Assembly (NCBI GenBank): GCA_963719225.1
Contig: CAVRAY010000001.1
Span: 256,001-320,000, forward strand
DNA: 64,000 nt
Direction of reading: 5' to 3'
Origin: Thermoanaerobaculia bacterium
GTDB taxonomy: Bacteria; Acidobacteriota; Thermoanaerobaculia; UBA5066
The stretch's first letter is position 1, and every line of letters begins with the position of its first letter. Positions 36,758 through 45,611 of this stretch are shown piece after piece. The notes below the pieces were generated by a model. That model was not told the DNA's origin. It was given only the letters and a program-made list of their open reading frames with translations, and ran no database searches. The translations under genes were made by a program, and so were the position numbers.

Positions 36758-37447
36758 TCAGGGCGCCCCGCAGCGCCGCATCCTCTCGTTCTCCAGCCGG
36801 AAGATCCCGCGGATCGTCTCGCCGTCCGACGGCCCCTCGGCGAGCGTCTCGGGATTCCACTGGCTCCGGGCCGAGTCGAAGAAGTCGCCGCCATAGATGT
36901 GGATGCCGCCCGTGAAACGCGCGAGCGGATTCGTGACGGAGTGGATCGCGTCCCTGGCGAGCACGACGGTGTCGCCGGCGAAGAGGGCCTTGGCGCCGAA
37001 CGCCTCGATCCGTTCCGGGGTCCGTCTCCAGAGGATGTTGTCCTCGCGTCCCGCGTAGATGCCGATCGCCGCCCACATCCGGTGGTTGTGCGGCATCAGG
37101 TTCATGTTGGGCGTCCACGTCGCGCTGAAGATCGTGAGAGACTTCGATCGCTGCAGGACGCGGATTGCCGCTTCCCTCGGTTCCCCCAGGGCGGTTCGCA
37201 TGGCGGCGGGGCTCTCGACCGCCTTCGCGAGCACCTCGAGGACGGCCGCCTGCGGCTCGGGTTCCCGGCTCGCGGCCACGCAGTCCGCGACGAAACGGTC
37301 GAGGTCCATAGCGGCCGCTCTCGACGGCCGGGATGGAGCTTCGCTTCGCGCATTCCAGGCGGACATGAGGAGAGAGGGTGCGCCTGCGGCGGCGAGGAGA
37401 AAGTCCCGACGCGAATTTCCGACGCGATCTTTCGGAGTCTGGGCCAT
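36758..37447 (-). CDS. Cupin/cysteine-dioxygenase-like protein with possible Tat leader
   Basis: PHNHRMWA.IG.Y.GRE.N, IHSVTNP, IHIYGGDFF; GGAGG RBS and SRRDFLL at the N-terminus. Alternative start at 37309. Confidence 0.8.
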   Translation of the reverse strand: MAQTPKDRVGNSRRDFLLAAAGAPSLLMSAWNARSEAPSRPSRAAAMDLDRFVADCVAASREPEPQAAVLEVLAKAVESPAAMRTALGEPREAAIRVLQRSKSLTIFSATWTPNMNLMPHNHRMWAAIGIYAGREDNILWRRTPERIEAFGAKALFAGDTVVLARDAIHSVTNPLARFTGGIHIYGGDFFDSARSQWNPETLAEGPSDGETIRGIFRLENERMRRCGAP

Positions 37448-37583
37448 CGTTTCCTCCCTGAAACCGGAGTTGCCGGCGGGACAAAGTTAGGCCGGCGGAT
37501 GCGCGCGCGGAAGTGCGAAGATCGGACCAAGGCGGTCCGAATTTCGGACTGGCTCGACTTCGTGCGACGCGGGAGGATGCCGC

Positions 37584-38303
37584 ATGGCCAGATACAGGCA
37601 GTACTGTCCCGTCGCGCGCTCCTCCGAGATCCTCGCGGATCGCTGGACGCCCTTGATCGTGAGGGAGCTGCTCGCGGGCAGCCGCCATTTCAACGAAATC
37701 GAGCGGGGACTTCCCGGGATCTCCCGATCTCTCCTCGTTGCGCGTCTTCGGCATCTGGAGAAGAACGGCGTCGTCGAGCGTCGCGTGAGCCGGGAGCCGG
37801 CTACCGTCGAATACCTGCTGACGGAAGCCGGAAGCGATCTCCGGCAGGTGGTCGAGCAGTTGGGCGCCTGGGGTGTCCGATGGGCCTTCGGCGAGCCGAG
37901 AGCGGACGAGCTGGACCCGGTGCTTCTGCTCTGGAAGGTCCACCAGCGGATCAACCGGGAGGCCTTGCCCGCGAGACGCACGGTCCTCGAGTTCGATTTC
38001 ACCGGCCGGAACGGGCGGCGGCTGTGGCTCGTGCTCGAGCCGCACGAAGTCTCGATGTGCCTGAAGCCGCCGGGCTTCGATCCGGACCTCCGCGTGCGCG
38101 CGGATCTGAGGTACTTCTACAGCGTCTGGCTGGGCTCCATCGATTACGACGACGCCCTGCGCTGCGGCGGCATCGCGGTCCAAGGCCCACCGGCCCTGGC
38201 ACACGCCCTTCCGCGGTGGTTTCTCTGGAGCCCGATGGCGAAGTTCGTGCGCGCGCTCGGGCCGGAGGCTCGTGGAAATCGCCGTGCGTCGGCTAGAACT
38301 TGA
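37584..38303 (+). CDS. HxlR-family regulator with SCP2-like C-terminal domain
   Basis: Y.QYCPVA..EIL.DRWT.LIVRELL.G...FNEI.RGLPGISRSLL. Confidence 0.92.
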   Translation: MARYRQYCPVARSSEILADRWTPLIVRELLAGSRHFNEIERGLPGISRSLLVARLRHLEKNGVVERRVSREPATVEYLLTEAGSDLRQVVEQLGAWGVRWAFGEPRADELDPVLLLWKVHQRINREALPARRTVLEFDFTGRNGRRLWLVLEPHEVSMCLKPPGFDPDLRVRADLRYFYSVWLGSIDYDDALRCGGIAVQGPPALAHALPRWFLWSPMAKFVRALGPEARGNRRASART

Positions 38304-40407
38304 ACGTGAGCTCCCCGAGAAACCTCCGAGGCGGCGCGACGTAGAGCTGGCCGTCGCCGATCTCGCTGTCGCTGACGTAATGCCGATCGTCGCCGAGGTT
38401 GCGGCCGACGAGAGAGACGCGTCCCCACGAGAATTCCCACGACGCCCCGGCGTCCCATTCGTAATAGGAATCCGCGAAGAAGGTGTTCCGCCGCGTGAGA
38501 GTGCGAATACCCTGATGGCGCACCGCCCCCCAGATGCCGAGGCCGGTCTTCGGCGCGTATGCGAGGCGGGCGTTCCAGAGGTCGCGCGGGACGAGCTCGA
38601 GCCTTTTCCCGTCCACGACGCGCAGCTCGCCGTCGGGCGTGAGGAAAGAGAAGGTCACGTACGTCGCGTCGTGGTGGGCATACCCGGCGGCCAGCGACCA
38701 GCCTTCGAGCTTCGGCAGCGCCCACACGAGCTCGGCGTCCATGCCCTGGAATCGCTCTTCACCCGCGTTCGTGAGCTCGGGCTGCCCGAGAGGACCCGCG
38801 GTCGAGACGACGAGGTTCTCGAATTCCATGTGGAAGAACGTGACGTCGAGAGACAGCTTGCCGCCGGCCCAGCGCGACTTGAGCCCGAGCTCGCCGGATC
38901 GCGTGCGCTCCGGCTCCAGAATCCGCGCGCTCTCGGCCTCGAGGATGTTCGGAGCCGCGGGCTTGAAGTTGCTCTTGGCCGAGACATAGACGTTGAGCGC
39001 GTTCAGGAAGGAAGCCCTTGGCTTGTCGACGAGGCGCACCAGAGCCGAGACGCCGCCCGACCATTTCCCGTCCGTCCGGCTGTCCTCGACGACGTCCGGA
39101 GCGGGGGCGTCGGCCTCCTTCCCGGAAGCCGACAGCGTCTCGGAAGCCCGGTCGTACCGGGCGCCGAAGGTGAGCGTGAGAAACCTCCACGGCGTCCACT
39201 CGTCGTTCGCATAGAAACCCAAGAAAGTCCGGCGGTCCTCCGCCGCGCGGTTGTCGCCCACGGGGACGTCGTCGAGTGTCGGAACGTCGGGATTCGGGCC
39301 GGTCGTCAGCGTGAAGTCGAAGCCCGTGCCGGAGACGGTCGTCCGGCCCCACGTGAGCGCCGTACCCACGACGAGGCGGTGGGCGCCGAGCGTCGCCACG
39401 AGCCGCAGGTCGTCGAAGACGCTCGTCTCGACCGGACGGAGCGACGTGCCATCGGCGGTAGCCGTGCTTCCGTCGACGCCGTCGATGAAGGAGCGCACGG
39501 CAATCTGCTCGTCGCGCGTGAGGCCGAGCGTGTTGTCGATGCGGACGGTCTTCGAGAGCTCCTGCGACAGGGTGGAGGCGAGGGAGTACACGCGGTGGTC
39601 CATCCGCGCGCCGCCGACGGCGTAGTTCCGGTCGATCTCGAAACCGGGCACGGGCTTTCCCGCGTCGACGGGGAGCGGCGATCCGAAATACGACGTGTCG
39701 CGGACGACGCCGAGCGTGACGTCCACGGAGCCTTCCTTCGTGCGCCGCGTGAAGCCGAGGGAAAGCCGGTCGACGGAGGCGTCCGTGCCGTCCTGCCAGC
39801 CCTTGTTTCGCGCCATCGAGCCGAAGAGGCGGATCGTTTGTTCGCCCTGGGTCGCCGTGTAGGACAGGTTGCCGTGCTTGTCGGTGAAAGAGCCGCCGCC
39901 AAGGGTGAGCGCGCCTCCCGCCTCTTTCGAGCGGCGCGTGAAGACCTGGATCATTCCCGCGAAAGCGGAGACGCCGTAGAGCGTCCCCTGCGGGCCCTTG
40001 ACGATCTCGATGCGTTCGACGTCCTCGACGGGAATCTGCGCGAGGGAGGGATTGAAGGGGCCTCCCGCGGGGACTCCGTCCACCGTGACGAGGAGGGCGT
40101 CGAATTCCTTCAGGCCCCACACTCCGATGTTCGCGAGCCGGCTGCCGTTGTCGGACCCGTTGCCGGTATCGAGCCCCGCGACGTCCTGAAGAGCCTCGGC
40201 GATCGTCCGCGCACCGTGCCGCCGCAGCTCGTCGCCCGAGATCACGGTGACGGGCGCCGCGACGTCGAGCGCGTCCTCTTCGGACTTCGTCGCCGAAACC
40301 ACCATCGTCGACGTCGCGCCGATCTGGGCGGGAGCCTGGGCGAGAAGCGACGTCTCGAGCGCGAGCAGGGAACAGGCGAGCGGGAGTGCGGCGCGCGAGA
40401 ACTTCAT
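38293..40407 (-). CDS. TonB-dependent receptor
   Basis: Signal peptide, TonB box (MVVSAT), plug (ERIEIVKGPQGTLYG) and terminal F. Confidence 0.95.
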   Translation of the reverse strand: MKFSRAALPLACSLLALETSLLAQAPAQIGATSTMVVSATKSEEDALDVAAPVTVISGDELRRHGARTIAEALQDVAGLDTGNGSDNGSRLANIGVWGLKEFDALLVTVDGVPAGGPFNPSLAQIPVEDVERIEIVKGPQGTLYGVSAFAGMIQVFTRRSKEAGGALTLGGGSFTDKHGNLSYTATQGEQTIRLFGSMARNKGWQDGTDASVDRLSLGFTRRTKEGSVDVTLGVVRDTSYFGSPLPVDAGKPVPGFEIDRNYAVGGARMDHRVYSLASTLSQELSKTVRIDNTLGLTRDEQIAVRSFIDGVDGSTATADGTSLRPVETSVFDDLRLVATLGAHRLVVGTALTWGRTTVSGTGFDFTLTTGPNPDVPTLDDVPVGDNRAAEDRRTFLGFYANDEWTPWRFLTLTFGARYDRASETLSASGKEADAPAPDVVEDSRTDGKWSGGVSALVRLVDKPRASFLNALNVYVSAKSNFKPAAPNILEAESARILEPERTRSGELGLKSRWAGGKLSLDVTFFHMEFENLVVSTAGPLGQPELTNAGEERFQGMDAELVWALPKLEGWSLAAGYAHHDATYVTFSFLTPDGELRVVDGKRLELVPRDLWNARLAYAPKTGLGIWGAVRHQGIRTLTRRNTFFADSYYEWDAGASWEFSWGRVSLVGRNLGDDRHYVSDSEIGDGQLYVAPPRRFLGELTFKF

Positions 40408-40433
40408 GGATTCATGTTAACTAAACTACCGAC
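40408..40433. promoter_or_regulatory. Back-to-back -10 elements (bidirectional leaderless promoter)
   Basis: TAACAT on the minus strand (40414-40419) and TAAACT on the plus strand (40422-40427), each 6 nt from an ATG. Confidence 0.7.
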
Positions 40434-41930
40434 ATGAGACTCGGGGTCGACTTCGGCACCACACACACCGTCGTCACGGTCGTGGATCGCGGCAACTATC
40501 CCGTCGTCTCGTTCGACGGCGGCGACTTCGTGCCCTCGCTCGTGGCGGTCAGGGACAGGACGGGCGAGCGGCGCTTCGGCTGGGGAGCGTTCGCGGTGCG
40601 GCACGAGCCCGGCTGGACGGTCGTCCGGTCGCTCAAGCGCGCGCTCGACGCCGCCGGCCCCCAGACGAGCGTTGCGATCGGCTCCTGGCGCCTGTCTCTC
40701 CTCGACCTCACCTCCGGCTTCTTCTCCGCCCTCCACCGCGAGCTCGTCGAGCGGTCGAACGCGGGGCTGACGGCCGATGAAACGCTTCACGCCGCCGTCT
40801 CGGTGCCCGCGAACGCGACGACGGCCCAGCGGTTCCTGACGCTGGAGGCGTTCAAAGCCGGCGGCTTCGAGGTGGAGGCGCTCCTCAACGAGCCCTCGGC
40901 CGCGGGCTTCGAGTACGCGCACCGCACCCGGCGCGCGGATCCGAAACGCGAGCACCTCGTCGTGTACGACCTCGGGGGAGGCACGTTCGACGCTTCGCTT
41001 CTCAGGATGACGGGAAGGACGAACGAGGTCGTCGCCACCAACGGCGTCCGCCGGCTCGGCGGCGACGATTTCGACGAGGCGATCCTCGCTCTCGTTCTGG
41101 ACCGGGCCGGGGTGGGCGCGCTCGACGAGGCGTCCCGGGCCCTCCTCCTGGAAGAATGTGCGCGCCAGAAAGAGAACCTCTCTCCGAATACGCGCCGCGT
41201 CCTCGTGGACCTCGCGGCGATCGGCAAGGAGCCCCTCGTCCTGCCCGCCGACGAGATCTACGCGGCCTGCGCTCCGCTGGTCCAGGCCTCGATGGAGGCC
41301 GTCGAGCCCCTCCTCTCGGGCTCCGACCCTGAAAGCGCGATCGCGTGGAGCGACGTCGCGGGGCTCTATGTCGTCGGCGGCGGGGGCCTTTTCCCGCTCG
41401 TGACGCGAGTCCTGAAGGAACGCTTCGGCGAAAAGCGCGTCCGCCGCTCGCCGCATCCCTTCGCCGCGACGGCGATGGGGCTCGCGATCTTCCTCGACCG
41501 CGAGGGCGGCTGGGCGCTCGAAGACAGGCTCTCGCGGCACTTCGGCGTCTTCCGCGAGAGCGAAGCGGGAAAGGACATCGCGTTCGACTCCATCTTCCCG
41601 AAGGGGACGATCGTGCCGGCGCCCGGCGAGGCGCCCGTCAACGTCACGCGCCGCTATCGCGCGGCGCACAACGTGGGCCACTTCCGGTTTCTCGAATGCA
41701 CCCGTCTCGAGGACGGTCGACCCGATGGAGACGTCACGCCCTGGGACGAAGTGCTCTTCCCGTTCGAGAGCGGACTCAGAGGCCGCTCGCTCTCCGCCGC
41801 GGACGTGAAGCGCCGCGCCGACGGGCCCGAGGTCGCCGAGACCTACACGCTGGGAAGCGAAGGAGCCGTGACCGTGACGATCACGGACGCGACGGACGGT
41901 TTCACGCGCACGTTCACGCTGAGGCGGTGA
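40434..41930 (+). CDS. Hsp70-family protein (atypical, short)
   Basis: GVDFGTT, NEPSAA, YDLGGGTFD, LGGDDFD, VVGGG; reduced substrate-binding region. Confidence 0.9.
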   Translation: MRLGVDFGTTHTVVTVVDRGNYPVVSFDGGDFVPSLVAVRDRTGERRFGWGAFAVRHEPGWTVVRSLKRALDAAGPQTSVAIGSWRLSLLDLTSGFFSALHRELVERSNAGLTADETLHAAVSVPANATTAQRFLTLEAFKAGGFEVEALLNEPSAAGFEYAHRTRRADPKREHLVVYDLGGGTFDASLLRMTGRTNEVVATNGVRRLGGDDFDEAILALVLDRAGVGALDEASRALLLEECARQKENLSPNTRRVLVDLAAIGKEPLVLPADEIYAACAPLVQASMEAVEPLLSGSDPESAIAWSDVAGLYVVGGGGLFPLVTRVLKERFGEKRVRRSPHPFAATAMGLAIFLDREGGWALEDRLSRHFGVFRESEAGKDIAFDSIFPKGTIVPAPGEAPVNVTRRYRAAHNVGHFRFLECTRLEDGRPDGDVTPWDEVLFPFESGLRGRSLSAADVKRRADGPEVAETYTLGSEGAVTVTITDATDGFTRTFTLRR

Positions 41931-41961
41931 ACGAGTAGAGAAAGCCCCAGACGAAAACGCG

Positions 41962-43548
41962 TCAGCGCAAACCAAACGGCGCGCCCCGAATTCGCGCGTA
42001 CATCGTGTCGAAGACCTTCAACGTCTTCAAATTCGGGACACCATCAGTGTAAGTCGGATCGCCAAGATACAGAACCCGGTTGTCCTGAGACGTGAATTCT
42101 GGCCAGCGGGGAAGCCCGGCGCCGTTCGGACTTCCTGACTTAGCGAAGTTCGTCCAATAGCGCGACATGACGTCCGCCAGTCTCCTGTCGGCCGTGCTCC
42201 AGCGCCAATGCTCCTGGTCAAGATGATCGAACATATACCAGAGCTCGGCGTAGTGGCTCGCTCCCCAGCCTTCATGAACCGATTCCTTTGGAAATGGCGG
42301 CTTGTGCACAAAATGATAGTAATACACGGGGTTTTTGCCCCTCGTGGCCTGCAGCCGTGCCCACGCCCACATGTCCCATCCAAAGCGAAGGTCGCGTTCG
42401 AAATCGAGGCGCGCCTTCACCGCCTCTTCATCGGTGGTATGCGGATACGCGTCAAGGAGCTGCTGCGGAAGGGGACCCCATCGCTTCGTGATCCCCTCAG
42501 AGAAGCTCGAGGCGGTGACTGAGTTCAGGTCGGGGACGAGCGCACGGGCTTCGTTGGCATTCGACCCGATGAGAATTGATACATCGTGTTGCCGGCCTCC
42601 CGCAAATGCGTCATAAGGCGATTCAGGCAGCACATAGGGCTCGATCACAGGATGCGAAAGGGCCCCCACCTTCCCTGTGAGAAGGTCGCTTGCTGGCAGC
42701 GCGCGCATTTCGGCGACAGAATGCACAGGCAGCGAGGCGGCGTAGGCCTCTCCCTCGCATTCGGCGTTCGCGAGCAGAAACTTTGGCGCTAGCTGGAGGG
42801 GCTCGAACAATCCACCGCTTTGCGCGATGGCCCGTTCGAATAGACCTTTGGCGAGTGGCGACGCCATCAGGACGCTGACCGATATCGCTCCCGCGGACTG
42901 TCCGAAGATCGTCACGCGTCCAGGATCGCCACCGAACGCCCGAATGTTGCGCTGAATCCATCGGAGTGCTGCGATCTGATCCAGCAGGCCGTAGTTTCCG
43001 GAAGTGTGGTGCGGCGACTCGCGGGTCAGGTCCGGATGGGCGAGGAAACCAAATGTCCCGAGCCTGTAAGAGAAGGTGACGACGATTACGCCCTTGCGGG
43101 CCAGGCGGTCGCCCCAATAGAGCGGCATGGACGCCGAGCCGCTGGAAAAGCCTCCCCCATGAACCCAGACCATCACCGGGAGGCGCGCATGGGCGTTTTG
43201 GGCGGGCGTCCAGATGTTCAGGTAAAGGCAATCTTCGCTGATGGCCGGCGGTGTTTCGCCAGGCATGGAGACGCCGTTCTGCATACAGGCGGCCGCAAAC
43301 GCTTCCGCTTTGCGCACGTCGTTCCACGGATTGACACTCTGAGGCTCGCGCCAGCGCAGCAAGCGGACTGGCGGAGCCGCGAAGGGAATTCCCTTGTAGA
43401 CAGTCAGAGGACCGGTCCGAACGCCCCTAACGAGACCGGCATCGGTCTGCACAGCATCCGCGAGGGTTGGCAGCGGGGCCAGCATCAAAGCAGTCATTAG
43501 AGCCGCTGTAGGTATCAAGGTCTCACCTTCGGTGCGAACGGATTTCAT
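41962..43548 (-). CDS. Type-B carboxylesterase
   Basis: KGIPFAAPP, SEDCLYLNIW, WVHGGG, FGQSAGA; lower GC. Confidence 0.93.
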   Translation of the reverse strand: MKSVRTEGETLIPTAALMTALMLAPLPTLADAVQTDAGLVRGVRTGPLTVYKGIPFAAPPVRLLRWREPQSVNPWNDVRKAEAFAAACMQNGVSMPGETPPAISEDCLYLNIWTPAQNAHARLPVMVWVHGGGFSSGSASMPLYWGDRLARKGVIVVTFSYRLGTFGFLAHPDLTRESPHHTSGNYGLLDQIAALRWIQRNIRAFGGDPGRVTIFGQSAGAISVSVLMASPLAKGLFERAIAQSGGLFEPLQLAPKFLLANAECEGEAYAASLPVHSVAEMRALPASDLLTGKVGALSHPVIEPYVLPESPYDAFAGGRQHDVSILIGSNANEARALVPDLNSVTASSFSEGITKRWGPLPQQLLDAYPHTTDEEAVKARLDFERDLRFGWDMWAWARLQATRGKNPVYYYHFVHKPPFPKESVHEGWGASHYAELWYMFDHLDQEHWRWSTADRRLADVMSRYWTNFAKSGSPNGAGLPRWPEFTSQDNRVLYLGDPTYTDGVPNLKTLKVFDTMYARIRGAPFGLR

Positions 43549-45611
43549 CAGGGCGTACTTCGCACGATCGAGGCCTGAGCAGACACCAGATCCTCGATCC
43601 TCAGGACGAGGAGCGTCCGGTCGTCCTCGGTGTCGGGACGGTCCGTGAAAGCACGCTGCGCCTGGAGGATCCGGTCCTTCAAGGCGGCCGCGCTCTCCGC
43701 CTGGCCGGCGCGCAGCACTTCCTCGAGGCGCGCGAAGCTCCAGGACTCGTCCGACCCCGCGCGTGTGGCCTCGACGAGGCCGTCCGAGAAGATGACCCAG
43801 AAGTCGCCGGGCACGAGGGGAGTCGTGACCGTGTGCCAACCGCCGTAAAGACCGAGGCCGAGCGGGCGGGCGGGATTCACAAGCGCCTCGACCGTTCCGT
43901 CCCGGCACACGCGGTACGGATAAGGGTGTCCGGCGTTCGTGTAGGCCACCGTCCCGTTCGCGAGGTCGAACACGAGATGCGCGAGGGTCACGAACGTCCG
44001 CCGTTCGGTCGTCCGGACGATCTCCTCGTGGAGCAGCTCCATGAGACGGACACCGCCTGCGCCTGTCCGGGCCAGCATGCCGAGGGACGCCTTCGCGGCG
44101 GCCATCACGAGCCCCGTCGGCAAACCGTGACCCGACACGTCGGCCATGCACACGGTGAGGACGTGTTCCGCGTACGAGAGATCGTAGAAGTCGCCTCCGA
44201 TGGCGGCCGCGGGCGCGAAGTCCACGGCGATCCCGACGCCCGGGCACGCGAAGTCCGCGGGGGGAAGGAGGCGCCGCTGGAGGTCGCGTGCGACGGTGAG
44301 CTCGCGCTCGAGGGCCTCCTTCTCGGCCTTCTCCGCGACGCTCGCGCCGAGATGCGCGGCCATCGCGTTGAAGCTCGCGACGAGAGCCGCGAGCTGATCC
44401 TGACCCTTGAAGACGACGCGATGCGCGAAGTTCCCCTTCTCGATCTCGCGGAACCCCGTCGAGAGCCGCCGGGTGGCGCGCGCGATCCGATAGACGAGAA
44501 GACCGGCGAGGAGAGAGGCTCCCGCGAAGATCACGAGGGTTGCGATCCCGAGCCCGCCCATGACGCCGAGGACGACGCGGCTCAGCTCGAGGCGCTCGGA
44601 TCCGGCGACCTTGAGGTCTCCGAAGAGCGCGCGCGCCTCCCGCTCGAGCGAAGACCGCGCGAGGATGAGGACGGGGCGGCCCGCGAGCGGCTTCCCCGTC
44701 TCCCAGCCGAGGACGGGCTCGGACAGGAAGAGCGGAAACGCGGTCCAGCGCGCGGACCACGGGCCCGAGCCCGCAGGCGGTGCCGCCGTTTCGCCCGGCT
44801 TCGCTTCCTCGCCGCCGGAGTCCGGTGCGCTCTCGATGTTCGTCGTCCTGCCCTTCTTGCCCGTGTCGAGCGAGAAGCGCACGCCGCCCTTGCCGACGTT
44901 GACGGGCTCTTCCTTCACCCGGAAAGCCCCGTGGAACCGAACGACGTTCCCGGTCTCTTTCTCGAGCTCGCGGCGTAAAGCGGAGCGGAGCGGCAGCGTG
45001 AGAACGAGCGTGCCGTCGGGGCCCGGCTCGACGGCCGCCGCGAACACGTTCGTTCCAACCTTCGAGATGAGGGATGCGCGGGAGGTCATCCAGGGCCGCG
45101 GCGCGAGGTCCGGGGCGGCGGCGGTCCCGGCTCTCTCGACGGACCCGCCCTTCGATTGCCAAACCATCCCGATCTCGGGCAGGGTGGGCGACGCAGCGGC
45201 GGCCTCCGCGAACGCGCGTGTCCGCGCGGCAGGGTCTCGCGACTTCTCCAGACGCGGCGCCAGCTCGTGCGCAAGCGCGGCGACGGCGGCCCGTCGCCTT
45301 TCGAGGGCGGCCTCGACGCGGCGCGTCCCGAGCTGGCCCGCGACGACGAGGAGGCCCGCGTAGAAGAAGAACGTCGCGAAGACGACCGCCGAGAGAAGGA
45401 GAAGGTACGAGACGGCGAGGCGGCTCCCGACCCGCCACAGGAGGCCGCGCAGGAGGTGCCGGGCCGCGCTGACGCCGAAGACCGGGATGCCGAGGACGAG
45501 GAGGACGATGCCGAAAGAGTGGAGGCTCGTTCCGGCGCGGGCGAGCGAGACGACGATGACGCCGGCCGCCGTCAGCAGGCCGCTGACGCGAAACGTCCTC
45601 GTCGGCCTCAT
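43548..45611 (-). CDS. Membrane HAMP plus PP2C (SpoIIE/RsbU-type) phosphatase
   Basis: TM helices, HAMP, GGDFYD, ADVSGHG, NAGH, SDGLVE, EDDRT. Confidence 0.92.
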   Translation of the reverse strand: MRPTRTFRVSGLLTAAGVIVVSLARAGTSLHSFGIVLLVLGIPVFGVSAARHLLRGLLWRVGSRLAVSYLLLLSAVVFATFFFYAGLLVVAGQLGTRRVEAALERRRAAVAALAHELAPRLEKSRDPAARTRAFAEAAAASPTLPEIGMVWQSKGGSVERAGTAAAPDLAPRPWMTSRASLISKVGTNVFAAAVEPGPDGTLVLTLPLRSALRRELEKETGNVVRFHGAFRVKEEPVNVGKGGVRFSLDTGKKGRTTNIESAPDSGGEEAKPGETAAPPAGSGPWSARWTAFPLFLSEPVLGWETGKPLAGRPVLILARSSLEREARALFGDLKVAGSERLELSRVVLGVMGGLGIATLVIFAGASLLAGLLVYRIARATRRLSTGFREIEKGNFAHRVVFKGQDQLAALVASFNAMAAHLGASVAEKAEKEALERELTVARDLQRRLLPPADFACPGVGIAVDFAPAAAIGGDFYDLSYAEHVLTVCMADVSGHGLPTGLVMAAAKASLGMLARTGAGGVRLMELLHEEIVRTTERRTFVTLAHLVFDLANGTVAYTNAGHPYPYRVCRDGTVEALVNPARPLGLGLYGGWHTVTTPLVPGDFWVIFSDGLVEATRAGSDESWSFARLEEVLRAGQAESAAALKDRILQAQRAFTDRPDTEDDRTLLVLRIEDLVSAQASIVRSTP

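Noticed and set aside
41930-41962. attC sites flanking the other low-GC genes (esterase, 7062-7592, CPBP)
   Set aside because: No RYYYAAC...GTTRRRY pair with L boxes found after their stops.
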